From Burkholderiales bacterium (GTDB lineage: Bacteria > Pseudomonadota > Gammaproteobacteria > Burkholderiales > Usitatibacteraceae), in NCBI GenBank assembly GCA_043780475.1, contig JAYWCO010000451.1, positions 1 through 34,436 of the forward strand: a stretch of DNA of 34,436 nt. Direction: 5' to 3'. The stretch's first letter is position 1. Each line of letters opens with the position of its first letter. The translations under genes and the position numbers were made by a program. The notes beneath the pieces are model-generated. The model did no database searches. It was not told the DNA's origin and worked only from the letters and a program-made list of their open reading frames with translations. Positions 1-9,087 of this stretch are shown here, one piece after another.

Positions 1-983
1 CCAGCCGCTGTGTGCGCCACACCCACCGCAGCGCCGTGCTCTTCACTGTGCTCTTTCATGGCCGCTTCATGGCGATCCAGAAAATCTTTGGTGGAATCGT
101 AGCCGCGGGTTTGCAAAATATAGTGGCGCACTGCGGCTTCAACCAGCACCGCCAGATTACGACCCGCTACCACCGCCAGCGTGACGGTCGGGATTTCAAC
201 CCCGAGAATTGTGGTGGTGCTGGATTTGGTTTGCAACCGATCAAGTCCGCGAAAATATTCTTCAGTCGGGCGCTCCAGATGCACGATCAGACGCAAAGTT
301 TTACGCGGGCGCACTGCCGTCTCGCCAAAGATGGCTTTGATATTGAGCACACCAATGCCGCGCACTTCAAGAAAATCGCGCAGGAGCGCAGGACAACGAC
401 CCTGAATAGTTTCAGGGCCAATCTGGAATAGCTCAACCGCATCATCCGCCACCAAGCCCGCGCCGCGTGAAATTAATTCAAGCGCCAATTCACTTTTGCC
501 TATTTGCGAGTTGCCGGTAATGAGAATGCCGAACCCCAACACATCCAGGAATACGCCGTGGGTGGTGGTGACTTCGGATAATTCACGCTGCAGGTAAGGG
601 CGCAGCAAATTAACGAATACGCGGCCCTTTTTTTGCGATAAAAATAACGGCATGGCGTGCTGATCACAGACCGCCATCAGATAGTCGGGTGCGTCAATGC
701 CATCACATAAAAATACCGCCAGCGTCTCACCGGTGCAAAGCGCGGTCAGACTGGTTTGTAGCGTCTCTGCATCAAGCCCGTTTAGATAGTCAATATCCGT
801 GCTGCCCAACGCCTGAATCAGAATCGGATGAATCAGATTCAAATGCCCGACCAAACCAACATTCGGTCGGTTCAGCGCATCTTTGGGCAGAATGCGCGAG
901 CCGCCGCGTTGGCCACCAACCCACGTCAGCTGTAGTTTATCGCGGCGGTCTTCAAAGAGCTGCTGAACGCTTAGCTGGGGCAT
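1..983 (-). CDS. hprK: HPr kinase/phosphorylase; the 3' end runs off the window start
   Basis: Absent from the ORF track because it has no stop inside the window. The reverse-strand frame opens at ATG (cat 981-983) and reads MPQLSVQQLFEDRRDKLQLTWVGG... It has the P-loop/active region ITGNSQIGKSELALELISRGAGLVADD. It sits directly after ptsN, as in beta-proteobacterial rpoN operons. Confidence 0.85.
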   Translation of the reverse strand, partial: MPQLSVQQLFEDRRDKLQLTWVGGQRGGSRILPKDALNRPNVGLVGHLNLIHPILIQALGSTDIDYLNGLDAETLQTSLTALCTGETLAVFLCDGIDAPDYLMAVCDQHAMPLFLSQKKGRVFVNLLRPYLQRELSEVTTTHGVFLDVLGFGILITGNSQIGKSELALELISRGAGLVADDAVELFQIGPETIQGRCPALLRDFLEVRGIGVLNIKAIFGETAVRPRKTLRLIVHLERPTEEYFRGLDRLQTKSSTTTILGVEIPTVTLAVVAGRNLAVLVEAAVRHYILQTRGYDSTKDFLDRHEAAMKEHSEEHGAAVGVAHTAA

Positions 984-1473
984 GGTCGGCAATGTTTTCG
1001 TGGTTTGCGTAATTTATAAACGGTGTCCATTCAGACAGCAATTGGTGGACACGGGCAGGATCATTCTCGGTCAATAATATTTGCCGCAAATGGGTATCGC
1101 TAAATAGCTGCGCTAATTCTGACAGCATGTTCAGGTGCTGCTCGGTCGCATGCTCGGGCACCAGCATCGCAAACACCAGGCGCACCGGCTCGCCATCCGG
1201 CGATTCAAACGGCACCCCGTCTTTGGCGCGAATAAACATTGCCAGGGTATCGCGCAAGCCCTTGATGCGTCCGTGCGGGATCGACACCCCAAAGCCCAAG
1301 CCAGTGGAGCCCAGTTTTTCGCGTGCAAAAAGGGCATCAAAAATCTGTGCGCGACCCAGTCGATTTTCATTTTCAAAAAACAAACCGATTTGTTCGAACA
1401 ACCGTTTTTTGCTGGTCACTTCCAGATCGAGAGTGATATGTGAGGCCGGCAGGAGTTTGGCGAGGAGAGTCAT
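952..1473 (-). CDS. ptsN: PTS IIA-like nitrogen regulatory protein PtsN (173 aa)
   Basis: Internal ATG (cat 1471-1473) of the 297-aa track ORF gives MTLLAKLLPASHITLDLEV... with the IIA(Ntr) His motif GLGFGVSIPHGR. The longer ORF would overlap hpf. The gene overlaps the hprK start by 32 nt. Confidence 0.85.
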   Translation of the reverse strand: MTLLAKLLPASHITLDLEVTSKKRLFEQIGLFFENENRLGRAQIFDALFAREKLGSTGLGFGVSIPHGRIKGLRDTLAMFIRAKDGVPFESPDGEPVRLVFAMLVPEHATEQHLNMLSELAQLFSDTHLRQILLTENDPARVHQLLSEWTPFINYANHENIADHAPAKRSAAL

Positions 1474-1633
1474 GACATGCGAAGTGGAGGTGATAGTGGC
1501 CGTGATAATGGTGGTGATCTGAAGCGCTGGCAAGGCGATCATGTGGAGGGCCCAATTCAGTATAATTTGCCCGGCACGGCCAGCCATGAATAGTCTGGCC
1601 GCGCGGGATAGGCAAAAACTTAAAGCCCCGGAT

Positions 1634-1969
1634 TCAGGGCGCTGACTCTTCCAAAATAATCCGCTTGGGCGCTTCGCCAACATGTTTGTTTTTGATTTTT
1701 TCTTTGTGCTTGACGATTTGCCGGTCAAGCTTGTCAACCAATAAATCAATGGCAGCATACATATCATCGTTCTCGCTTTCGGCAAAAATATCTTTACCGG
1801 CAAGGTGGACATTGGCCTCAATTTTTTGTCGTAGTTTTTCGACACTAAGAATCATGTTCACATCAATTACATGATCGAAATGACGGTTAATGCGGGTCAT
1901 CTTTGAGGAAACATAATCACGTATTGAAGGGGTGATTTCGAGGTGATGGCCGGTCATGTGCAAGTTCAT
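1634..1969 (-). CDS. hpf: Ribosome hibernation promoting factor / sigma-54 modulation protein (111 aa)
   Basis: MNLHMTGHHLEITPSIRDYV... is a typical HPF/YfiA N-terminus. The gene lies immediately downstream of rpoN. Confidence 0.9.
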   Translation of the reverse strand: MNLHMTGHHLEITPSIRDYVSSKMTRINRHFDHVIDVNMILSVEKLRQKIEANVHLAGKDIFAESENDDMYAAIDLLVDKLDRQIVKHKEKIKNKHVGEAPKRIILEESAP

Positions 1970-2136
1970 TTGCCACGCTCCTTTCGGGATTTAACGACTG
2001 TTTCATCTTTACAATTTACTGGTCAATCTGGTTACTGCTCATCTTTTCTGCTCACTACTTGCTGCGCACTCACTTAAATTATTGCCGCATCACAACAATT
2101 CCAGTCACAAAACTTATATTACTACTTGGTCGTAGA

Positions 2137-3618
2137 TTAAATAGACTTCCGAAGGTTTGCTGGCTGTATATGCAGGCCTTCGCGATATTTCGCTACCGTG
2201 CGCCTTGCAACCAGAATTCCTTGTTGACTTAGAATATCGGAAATACGGTTATCTGACAGCGGTTTCTTTTGGTCTTCCGCTTGAACTAATTGCTTAATAA
2301 GCGCACGAATGGCGGTAGCGGAACAAGCGCCGCCCGTATCCGTTGCAACGGACGAGCCAAAGAAATATTTCAGCTCGAATATACCTCTTGGGGTGAGCAT
2401 GTATTTTTGCGTGGTGACGCGTGAAATGGTGGACTCGTGCAGTCCAACCTGGTCGGCGATTTCGCGCAGCACCAAAGGCCTCATCGCCACCTCCCCATGC
2501 TCAAAAAAATGTTTTTGCCGCTCAACAATAGCCTGGGTAACGCGCAAAATTGTATCGAACCGTTGTTGTACATTCTTGATTAACCAGCGCGCCTCCTGCA
2601 ACTGCCCCGCCAGATTTTTACCGTCAGCATCGCGACTTTTGTGCAGCAAATCAGCGTATAGCTTGTTCACGCGTAATCTTGGCATGGCTTCCTGATTCAA
2701 CATGGCTTGCCACTTGCCCTGCAATTTTTTGACCACCACATCGGCCACCACATAGCGAATATCATCGTGGCTGAAGCAGCGGCCTGGTTTGGGCTCAAGC
2801 GAGACGATCAGCTCGCGAATACGTTTTAGCTCTTCATCATTGACGCGTAGCAGCCGCTTTAGTTTCATGAAATCACGCGCTGCCAGCAAATCAAGATGTT
2901 GTTCTACCAATTGCAGCGCTTTCGCCCGCAGCGGCACGCTGTCCGGCGTCGCGAGCAACTGTAACTTCAGGCATTCTGCAAGGGAGCGTGCGCCCACGCC
3001 GGTCGGCTCAAAATTTTGTAAATGTTTAAGCGCAATGTGTAAATCATCAGCATCGATCTCAAGATGCTCGGCAATCAAACCCGCCAAGTCGTCAAGCTCG
3101 TAAGTCAGATAGCCATCTTCATCCAGATGGGCAATTAATAACAACACCAGCTGACGATCTGTTTCGGTTAGCGACATTAACGCGAGTTGAGCGGTCAGGT
3201 GCTCCTGGAGCGTGGGTTCAGCCGCCGCTATTTGACCGAAGCCATTATCGTCGTCGTCACCATCGCTATTACTGTTATTGCTGCGGGTGCCGGATGAATA
3301 GCTGGCGCCATCATCGCCACTAAATGCAGCGTCGTCGTTGCGCGCATCGGCTGAGTCTTGCGCATTGTTTTGATTGCCCGAATCCGTCTCGCCTTGACCG
3401 GAGGCCGGGAAATCGGCTTGTCCATTAAACGGTAACGCCGGCGATTCATCGGTGTCACCCGCTGTATCGACCCGCTCCAGCAACGGGTTTTCCAGCAGAT
3501 AGCGCTCCAGTTCCTGGTTAAGCTCAACCGTTGATAGCTGCAATAATTTGATTGACTGCTGCAATTGCGGCGTCAATGTCAAATGCTGTGAAAGCCTGAG
3601 CTGAAGGGAGTTCTTCAT
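2137..3618 (-). CDS. rpoN: RNA polymerase sigma-54 factor (493 aa)
   Basis: N-terminal Gln/Leu-rich region (LQLRLSQHLTLTPQLQQSIKLLQLS), an acidic linker, and the C-terminal RpoN box ARRTVAKYRE. Confidence 0.95.
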   Translation of the reverse strand: MKNSLQLRLSQHLTLTPQLQQSIKLLQLSTVELNQELERYLLENPLLERVDTAGDTDESPALPFNGQADFPASGQGETDSGNQNNAQDSADARNDDAAFSGDDGASYSSGTRSNNSNSDGDDDDNGFGQIAAAEPTLQEHLTAQLALMSLTETDRQLVLLLIAHLDEDGYLTYELDDLAGLIAEHLEIDADDLHIALKHLQNFEPTGVGARSLAECLKLQLLATPDSVPLRAKALQLVEQHLDLLAARDFMKLKRLLRVNDEELKRIRELIVSLEPKPGRCFSHDDIRYVVADVVVKKLQGKWQAMLNQEAMPRLRVNKLYADLLHKSRDADGKNLAGQLQEARWLIKNVQQRFDTILRVTQAIVERQKHFFEHGEVAMRPLVLREIADQVGLHESTISRVTTQKYMLTPRGIFELKYFFGSSVATDTGGACSATAIRALIKQLVQAEDQKKPLSDNRISDILSQQGILVARRTVAKYREGLHIQPANLRKSI

Positions 3619-3643
3619 GAAATATAAACGCCGCTCGCGACCG

Positions 3644-4417
3644 CTAGAGGCGGAAGTTTTCCCCTAGATAAACCTTACGCACCGTTTCATTCACCACGAT
3701 TTCGTCCGGCGCACCACTGGCCAGCACCGAGCCTTGATTGATGATGTAGGCGTGATCGCAAATACCCAGGGTTTCACGCACATTGTGGTCTGTAATGAGC
3801 ACGCCGATGCCGCGATTCTTGAGAAATTTTATGATCTCCTGAATATCGATCACCGCGATCGGATCGACACCTGCGAACGGCTCATCCAACAAAATAAACC
3901 GCGGATCAACCGCAAGCGCGCGGGCAATTTCAACCCTGCGACGCTCGCCGCCGGAAAGACTGATCGCCGGATTATCACGCAGGTGTGAAATATGCAGCTC
4001 TTCCATCAGCGCGGTGCAGCGTGAATCAATATCGTCGCCGGATAAATCCCGCAGCTCCAAAATAGCGCGAATATTTTCAGACACCGTGAGCTTGCGGAAA
4101 ATCGATGCCTCCTGCGGCAAGTAGGCCACGCCCAATCGGGAGCGCCGAAAAATCGGCATGCGCGATAAATCGCTGCCATCCAGATGAATGCTGCCGCCAT
4201 CGACCGGCACCAGGCCCACGATCATATAAAAACAGGTGGTTTTACCGGCACCGTTGGGGCCCAGTAAGCCAACCACCTGGCCGCTTTCAACCTGCAGCGA
4301 CACGTCACTCACCACGACGCGTTTTTTATATTGTTTGCGCAGGCCATCCGCCCGCAACACACTCTTGGCGCCGAGAACGTTTTGGGTATCCATGGTGAGT
4401 GGTGTGGGTTGATTCAT
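3644..4417 (-). CDS. lptB: LPS export ABC transporter ATPase LptB
   Basis: Walker [13 protein letters not shown] signature LSGGERRR, Walker B ILLDEP. Start chosen at ATG 4417 (MNQPTPL...) just after the lptA stop; ATG 4393 is an alternative. Confidence 0.9.
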   Translation of the reverse strand: MNQPTPLTMDTQNVLGAKSVLRADGLRKQYKKRVVVSDVSLQVESGQVVGLLGPNGAGKTTCFYMIVGLVPVDGGSIHLDGSDLSRMPIFRRSRLGVAYLPQEASIFRKLTVSENIRAILELRDLSGDDIDSRCTALMEELHISHLRDNPAISLSGGERRRVEIARALAVDPRFILLDEPFAGVDPIAVIDIQEIIKFLKNRGIGVLITDHNVRETLGICDHAYIINQGSVLASGAPDEIVVNETVRKVYLGENFRL

Positions 4418-4442
4418 TTTTTCTGCGCGATGTAAATTTGAA

Positions 4443-5030
4443 TTAATTCGATTTGGCGGGTGTGCTAGGTACAGCAGGTGCAGCATCTTTCAATTTTGGA
4501 TACAACACCCCTTTTACGCGGCCGGCGCTTCCTATATTGGCAGGCAACTTGGCGCCGGGCGCCACACCCGCGGCTTCATAGCGCTCGGTCAGTGTGTTGT
4601 ACACAATATATTCTGCGGTGAGCTCGTCTTTGGCGAGTTTCAGTTTTGCATTCGTAAACAGTTTTACGGTATTGGTGCGCTCATCAAACTCCAGACGTTC
4701 GCCGACCGCCTCCAGATAATCAGCGCGGCCTTCCTGCTTTTGCGTAAAAAAAACCGGCACGCCAAAGCCCTCGCCGTAACGCTTGCCGTCTTTATCCTGT
4801 TTAAAAATGACCTTGCCCGCTTTGATGCGCATAGTGCCCTGCGTGATCACCACATCACCTTCCAGTAACACACTTTTAATCTCGCCTTGCTCTGGCAGGA
4901 TGGCTTGTTTATCGGCTTCATATTTGAGCACTTCCAGGCGATCGTTTTTTTCGGCACGCGCAGTCAAGGGCTGGCATGTCAGCATCAGCGTGATCGCTAT
5001 GAGTGGGATACTACCTATATTATTTTTCAT
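4443..5030 (-). CDS. lptA: LPS transport periplasmic protein LptA (OstA-like)
   Basis: Signal peptide ([19 protein letters not shown]) followed by an OstA-type beta-jellyroll sequence ([21 protein letters not shown]...). ATG at 5030 is preferred over the TTG at 5048. Position is between lptC and lptB. Confidence 0.8.
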   Translation of the reverse strand: MKNNIGSIPLIAITLMLTCQPLTARAEKNDRLEVLKYEADKQAILPEQGEIKSVLLEGDVVITQGTMRIKAGKVIFKQDKDGKRYGEGFGVPVFFTQKQEGRADYLEAVGERLEFDERTNTVKLFTNAKLKLAKDELTAEYIVYNTLTERYEAAGVAPGAKLPANIGSAGRVKGVLYPKLKDAAPAVPSTPAKSN

Positions 5031-5643
5031 TTTTAGTCCCTTTTTCAACTGCTGTACTGTTATTGGTGGCGTACGTTGCGTTACGAGACATGGTGCCTTT
5101 CACCTTGGTCAAATTGGCCGCGCGGGATTGGCTGTTGAATTCAAATGTAGCCGCGTTGACGTTAACGGTCGGCGTGGTGAACACCACACCTGAAGTTGAA
5201 CGCGCCAGATTTTGTTTCGGGTAAATATGCAACGTGGGTGTGATCATTTGCATCGGCGGATAGTGGAGCGCTGCCTGGGTTTGCATCACTACCCCGCCTT
5301 CCATCCTGATTTCGTTGCTACCCTCCAGCAATTGGCCATTGGGCGCACGGACAGTGAGCTCTGGCTTGCCCGGCTCAGTGGCGGTGAACAGCACATTTTC
5401 CATTTTCGATGAATCATCATCCGGGTAATGCATCATTCGGTCTGCTTTCAGCACATATTGTATGTCGCCGGTGGGACTCATTTTTTTGGCCACAAAGTTT
5501 TCGATGATCGATTCCGGGTCGTGGCGCAGCTTGCCATTGGCGTTAGCGTTGAGCGGCTGCACAAATCGTGATAACCAGAAGGTGAGCAGTACCAGCGCCA
5601 CCAACACCGCGAGCGGCAACAGCGGTAATGACCGTGCGTTCAT
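5020..5643 (-). CDS. lptC: LPS export system protein LptC (207 aa)
   Basis: Single N-terminal TM anchor (LPLLPLAVLVALVLLTFWL) plus a periplasmic beta-rich domain. It overlaps the lptA start in the conserved lptCAB order. Confidence 0.75.
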   Translation of the reverse strand: MNARSLPLLPLAVLVALVLLTFWLSRFVQPLNANANGKLRHDPESIIENFVAKKMSPTGDIQYVLKADRMMHYPDDDSSKMENVLFTATEPGKPELTVRAPNGQLLEGSNEIRMEGGVVMQTQAALHYPPMQMITPTLHIYPKQNLARSTSGVVFTTPTVNVNAATFEFNSQSRAANLTKVKGTMSRNATYATNNSTAVEKGTKNEK

Positions 5644-5695
5644 GGCATCGCCCGGCTGGCGCTTATGCTACTGCTGATGCTGATCCCGCGCTGGT

Positions 5696-6394
5696 TCATT
5701 TGAGCAGCTCTTTGTAACTCGGCGGCGGCACGGAACGGTTCTGAATATTGACCACCAGCAAGCGTGCGTTGTCGCCATATTCCAGACCGACCGCCACCGG
5801 CGGCGTGACATCATTTGAACGCGCGCCCAACGATTCAGCAGGCCATTGATCACGCCAATTGCCGGCCTCATCAAGGTAGCGGAACCGTCCATTGCTGCCG
5901 GCCCATGAGAACGCGGTATAGTATGACTTTGCACCGGCAAATTTATCAAAAGCGGCCGTGCTCTGTGCGCTGGCTTCGGCGGCGCTTTCATACTGCAATT
6001 CAGTTTCATTGGTGCGTGAATTAAACGCAAGCGACCAGGCAAATATGCCGGGCCCGGCGCTATTGGTGTTTAGCGACTGCAGGGTCAAGCCCGACAGGCT
6101 GCGCGCACTACCGGTTAATGGCGGCCCCTGCTCCGAGCCTAATGGTGGAATGATCGCCAAGCCCACCGTGTCGCGAAACCAGCCCAAGCGTATCGCCGCA
6201 TCGCGCGAATAAGTGGTTTCAGCTTGGCCAACTTCGGCCAGGCGCATGGCCTGCGCCACACCGGACACCAGGATGCCGATCACCATAAAAAATACCGTCA
6301 TGGCCGCCATGATTTCAATCAGCGTAAAGCCGCTGTGTTGAGATGGGTACGACGCTGAGCTGGAAAGATGGCAATAACGCGAAGGGGTTAGCAA
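5696..6394 (-). CDS. Pseudopilin / type IV pilin-like protein with prepilin-type N-terminal methylation motif (GspJ-sized, 232 aa)
   Basis: Class III signal ...QHSG|FTLIEIMAAMTVFFMVIGILV (Gly-1, Phe+1, Glu+5, hydrophobic helix). The only in-frame start is TTG at 6394, giving an unusually long 22-aa leader. Confidence 0.7.
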   Translation of the reverse strand: MLTPSRYCHLSSSASYPSQHSGFTLIEIMAAMTVFFMVIGILVSGVAQAMRLAEVGQAETTYSRDAAIRLGWFRDTVGLAIIPPLGSEQGPPLTGSARSLSGLTLQSLNTNSAGPGIFAWSLAFNSRTNETELQYESAAEASAQSTAAFDKFAGAKSYYTAFSWAGSNGRFRYLDEAGNWRDQWPAESLGARSNDVTPPVAVGLEYGDNARLLVVNIQNRSVPPPSYKELLK

Positions 6395-6480
6395 AATATG
6401 AAGGTTTCTGTGTTGGCGATTTTATGTTTCTGTTTTTATATTTACGGGAGTCTTCATGATAACCCGTCATTAGATGGCGT

Positions 6481-6496
6481 ACAAATTTCGTGCCAA
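6481..6496 (-). promoter_or_regulatory. Candidate sigma-54 (-24/-12) promoter facing the pseudopilin gene
   Basis: The reverse strand reads TGGCACG-AAAT-TTGTA, against consensus TGGCACG-N4-TTGCW. The only deviation is T for C in the -12 GC. It lies about 85 nt upstream of the pseudopilin TTG start. Confidence 0.35.
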
Positions 6497-6545
6497 CTGT
6501 GTTTTTACAAGTACGGGCCACCATTTTCGTGATTTATACTGTGTC

Positions 6546-7853
6546 ATGCCTATTCTTTCAACTCATCATCATGTCATCAAGTGCGGCGGTCTTCCCCAAC
6601 GCTGCGCCCCACGCGCCGCCGGTTTCATTCTGGTTGCCACGCTATTCGCGATTGCGGTGATTGCCATCGGAGCCGCTTATTTTGCGTCGCGAGTAGAGGG
6701 GCTACAAACGGCTGCGTTTCAACAACAAACCGTCACTGAAGCTGAACGCGAAGTGGTGTCGATTGGCCAGGCGCTGATCCAGGCGGTGCTGCTTAACCCC
6801 ATTACCGAGCGGGGCTTGGTCATAAAAGACGCGCCTGATGAGCCGTTATTGCTGGACGGGCGCTTTTATCGAATGGGCGATAAAACCCAAATTGCGATAC
6901 AAGACGAGCGTGGGCTTATGAGCCTTAACATCAACGATGATCTCCAGCTGCGGCGCTTTTTTAGTGCGGCAGGCCTGCCGGTTGAACGCCATGATCGTCT
7001 ACTTGACACCCTGCGTGACTATGTTGATGTGGATGATTTTAAACGCTTGAACGGTGCGGAACGGCGCGATTATATTGAAGCCAAATTACCGCCACCGGCG
7101 AATGATTTTTTTTCCTCACGCGATGAGTTAAGACGTATCCCCGGCTGGCGTGAATTGCTCGCTGAGCTGGATGCGCGCGGTAAACCTGGTGCGGCCGAAC
7201 GGTTTCTGGGCTATTTCAGCGCGCACCGAATGGCCGCGATCAATTTGAATACCGCGCCGCGTCTGGTGGTGCAATCTCTGGCTGACATTGACCAAGCGCG
7301 GACGCGTGCGCTATTGGATCAACGTCGGCTGGCGCCATTTCAGAGCGTCGCAGAACTAGGCCTGTTTACGAACGGCCCGATAGATCTCGACACGATCCAG
7401 CTAGTGGGTGCTAACACTTGGCGACTTACCTATCAGCGGGACGATCTGGCGTTCCTGATAGAATGCCGATTGGTTATTACGCCAGCCGCGAGCGATAAAG
7501 CAGCACAGGTGAATGAGTGTCGTCACCGGCCGCGAAATAGCCTCGCAGATGATGATGATGTTGAAGACTTTGCGCGTGTTTTCAGTACCCCGTTTAGTGC
7601 CCGTTTTTCGTTATCAACGCCTGCTTCCGATACCAACTCTGATCGCGTGCTTAAAAACTCGCCTTCGAAAAATTCATCTTCGGGTTTTCAATCTCAGTCA
7701 TCTTTTTCACCTTTATCACCTACCAACCGTGAAGTTAGCCAACGTGCCTCCGATAACCGCTCGCTCTCCTGGCTCAAGCTCAAAGCCGGGCTGGTGGTCA
7801 GCCCTGCTAATGCGAATGCCCTTGCCGTTCCCATTCCTGCACCGCGCCCATAA
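6546..7853 (+). CDS. GspK-like minor pseudopilin (T2SS protein K family) with a Ser-rich C-terminal tail
   Basis: N-terminal hydrophobic segment RAAGFILVATLFAIAVIAIGAAY. GspK-type acidic motif LRDYVDVDDFKRLNGAERRDYI...ANDFFSSRDELRRIPGW. HhH-like AINLNTAPRLVVQSL. Start set at ATG 6546. Confidence 0.7.
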   Translation: MPILSTHHHVIKCGGLPQRCAPRAAGFILVATLFAIAVIAIGAAYFASRVEGLQTAAFQQQTVTEAEREVVSIGQALIQAVLLNPITERGLVIKDAPDEPLLLDGRFYRMGDKTQIAIQDERGLMSLNINDDLQLRRFFSAAGLPVERHDRLLDTLRDYVDVDDFKRLNGAERRDYIEAKLPPPANDFFSSRDELRRIPGWRELLAELDARGKPGAAERFLGYFSAHRMAAINLNTAPRLVVQSLADIDQARTRALLDQRRLAPFQSVAELGLFTNGPIDLDTIQLVGANTWRLTYQRDDLAFLIECRLVITPAASDKAAQVNECRHRPRNSLADDDDVEDFARVFSTPFSARFSLSTPASDTNSDRVLKNSPSKNSSSGFQSQSSFSPLSPTNREVSQRASDNRSLSWLKLKAGLVVSPANANALAVPIPAPRP

Positions 7854-9084
7854 CGGCCTGGCGCTGGCTGAGCACTATCGGCAAACCAGCGATGGCGTCG
7901 CCTCGCCTGACGCGATCAGCCGCCGCACTTATTGGATTTTGTCGCGTTCACTTTATCGCGTCAAAACGATTACATTAGCAAATGTAGCCGCCAATCGGCG
8001 TGCCGCAGCGATCCAGCTTGAGCTGACGGCGTGGACACCGTTTCGCCAGACCGCTCACTACGTCATACCGCAGGGTGCAGGCGATACCCATGCATTGCTC
8101 ATGGCGTGGGATCAGAACGCGGTTGAAGTCGCCCAGGCCGAGGCCGGGGTAGCCGAGCGGGAGCTACCGGTGATCCCCGAAGGCGCACTAAAGTCACTCG
8201 CGGCCAGCAGCGGTGATGGCGACGGCGTAAGCGTCCACACCTGCCTGGATGGCATCGAAGCTATCGTGATGCAGCATGGCATCGTCGCGGCAAGCCAGTG
8301 GTGGAGTGCTGCACCTAATCAAACCATCTGGGCTAACTTCCAACGTACCCATCGTACGCAGGGTATCCTAAGTGTGGGGGCCAACGGGTTCAATGTGGCA
8401 CCGCGCAATGAAACTTTCCCAAGTCCGCAAATGGCAACTTGGCTGGCACGTCCACTAGGCTATGCGCGTGGACAGTCCCATGCACCAGACGCTCAGCGCG
8501 AAATCTGGATCGTGGCTGCTGCTGCACTGCTGCTGGCTATGCCGACGATTTGGTTTGCCAATGATTATCGCCGCCATGCGGTGGCTTTGTCGGCGGCTGA
8601 AAGCCGACTCACCAGCACCGAACTCGAGCTGGATGGCTTGCTCGGCGCACGTGGCAATGCCGTCGGCAGCCTCGCCCGTGCGGAGCGTTTTGACGCCGCT
8701 TTTAATCAGATTGATGCGCTTTTGATGTTTGCCGAGATCAGCCGTGCGCTAGGAACAATTAGCAAACCGGGTGCGCTGGTGTTGACGGAATGGGATTGGC
8801 GGGGCGATGGCAGCGATCTTCGCAGCAAACGCCTCAAAATGTTATTTACCACCACCGGCCCACCACCTGCCGCAACGGCGCTGGTCAAAGCTTTCGAAGC
8901 CAACCCAGCGTTTCGTGATGTGCAAGTCAATAGTGAAGGCTCTCGCTTGAGCGTTGAGCTTCGTGTTGAGCAGGTGCGTGCTGATACCGTTAAGGTCGCT
9001 GTGCCTGTTGCTGCGTCAACACCCCCTACAGCAGCTCCTCTAGCAACCCCGGGCGCCGCGCCTGCGTTGCCAACGGGCGGATAA
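7810..9084 (+). CDS. GspL/PilM-PilN-like bitopic inner-membrane assembly protein (tentative)
   Basis: Call rests on topology and position only. It has a cytoplasmic part of about 220 aa, one TM (IWIVAAAALLLAMPTIWFAN), then a coiled-coil and an alpha/beta periplasmic part. It lies between the K-like and M-like genes. Start taken at ATG 7810 or 7816; the upstream part of the track ORF looks non-coding. Confidence 0.5.
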   Translation: MRMPLPFPFLHRAHNGLALAEHYRQTSDGVASPDAISRRTYWILSRSLYRVKTITLANVAANRRAAAIQLELTAWTPFRQTAHYVIPQGAGDTHALLMAWDQNAVEVAQAEAGVAERELPVIPEGALKSLAASSGDGDGVSVHTCLDGIEAIVMQHGIVAASQWWSAAPNQTIWANFQRTHRTQGILSVGANGFNVAPRNETFPSPQMATWLARPLGYARGQSHAPDAQREIWIVAAAALLLAMPTIWFANDYRRHAVALSAAESRLTSTELELDGLLGARGNAVGSLARAERFDAAFNQIDALLMFAEISRALGTISKPGALVLTEWDWRGDGSDLRSKRLKMLFTTTGPPPAATALVKAFEANPAFRDVQVNSEGSRLSVELRVEQVRADTVKVAVPVAASTPPTAAPLATPGAAPALPTGG

Positions 9085-9087
9085 GCG

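Noticed and set aside
12-431. 139-aa and 74-aa plus-strand ORFs at the window start
   Set aside because: They are antisense shadows of hprK, which has clear kinase motifs on the minus strand. They show no motifs or RBS.
1474-1845. 5' extension of the ptsN track ORF (297 aa)
   Set aside because: It would overlap hpf, and the extension is not protein-like. The PtsN homology begins at the ATG at 1473.
7513-7809. N-terminal 99 codons of the 523-aa L-like track ORF
   Set aside because: The sequence is Leu/Arg/His-rich and non-protein-like, and it lies entirely inside the K-like gene. Internal ATGs at 7810 and 7816 fit operon spacing.
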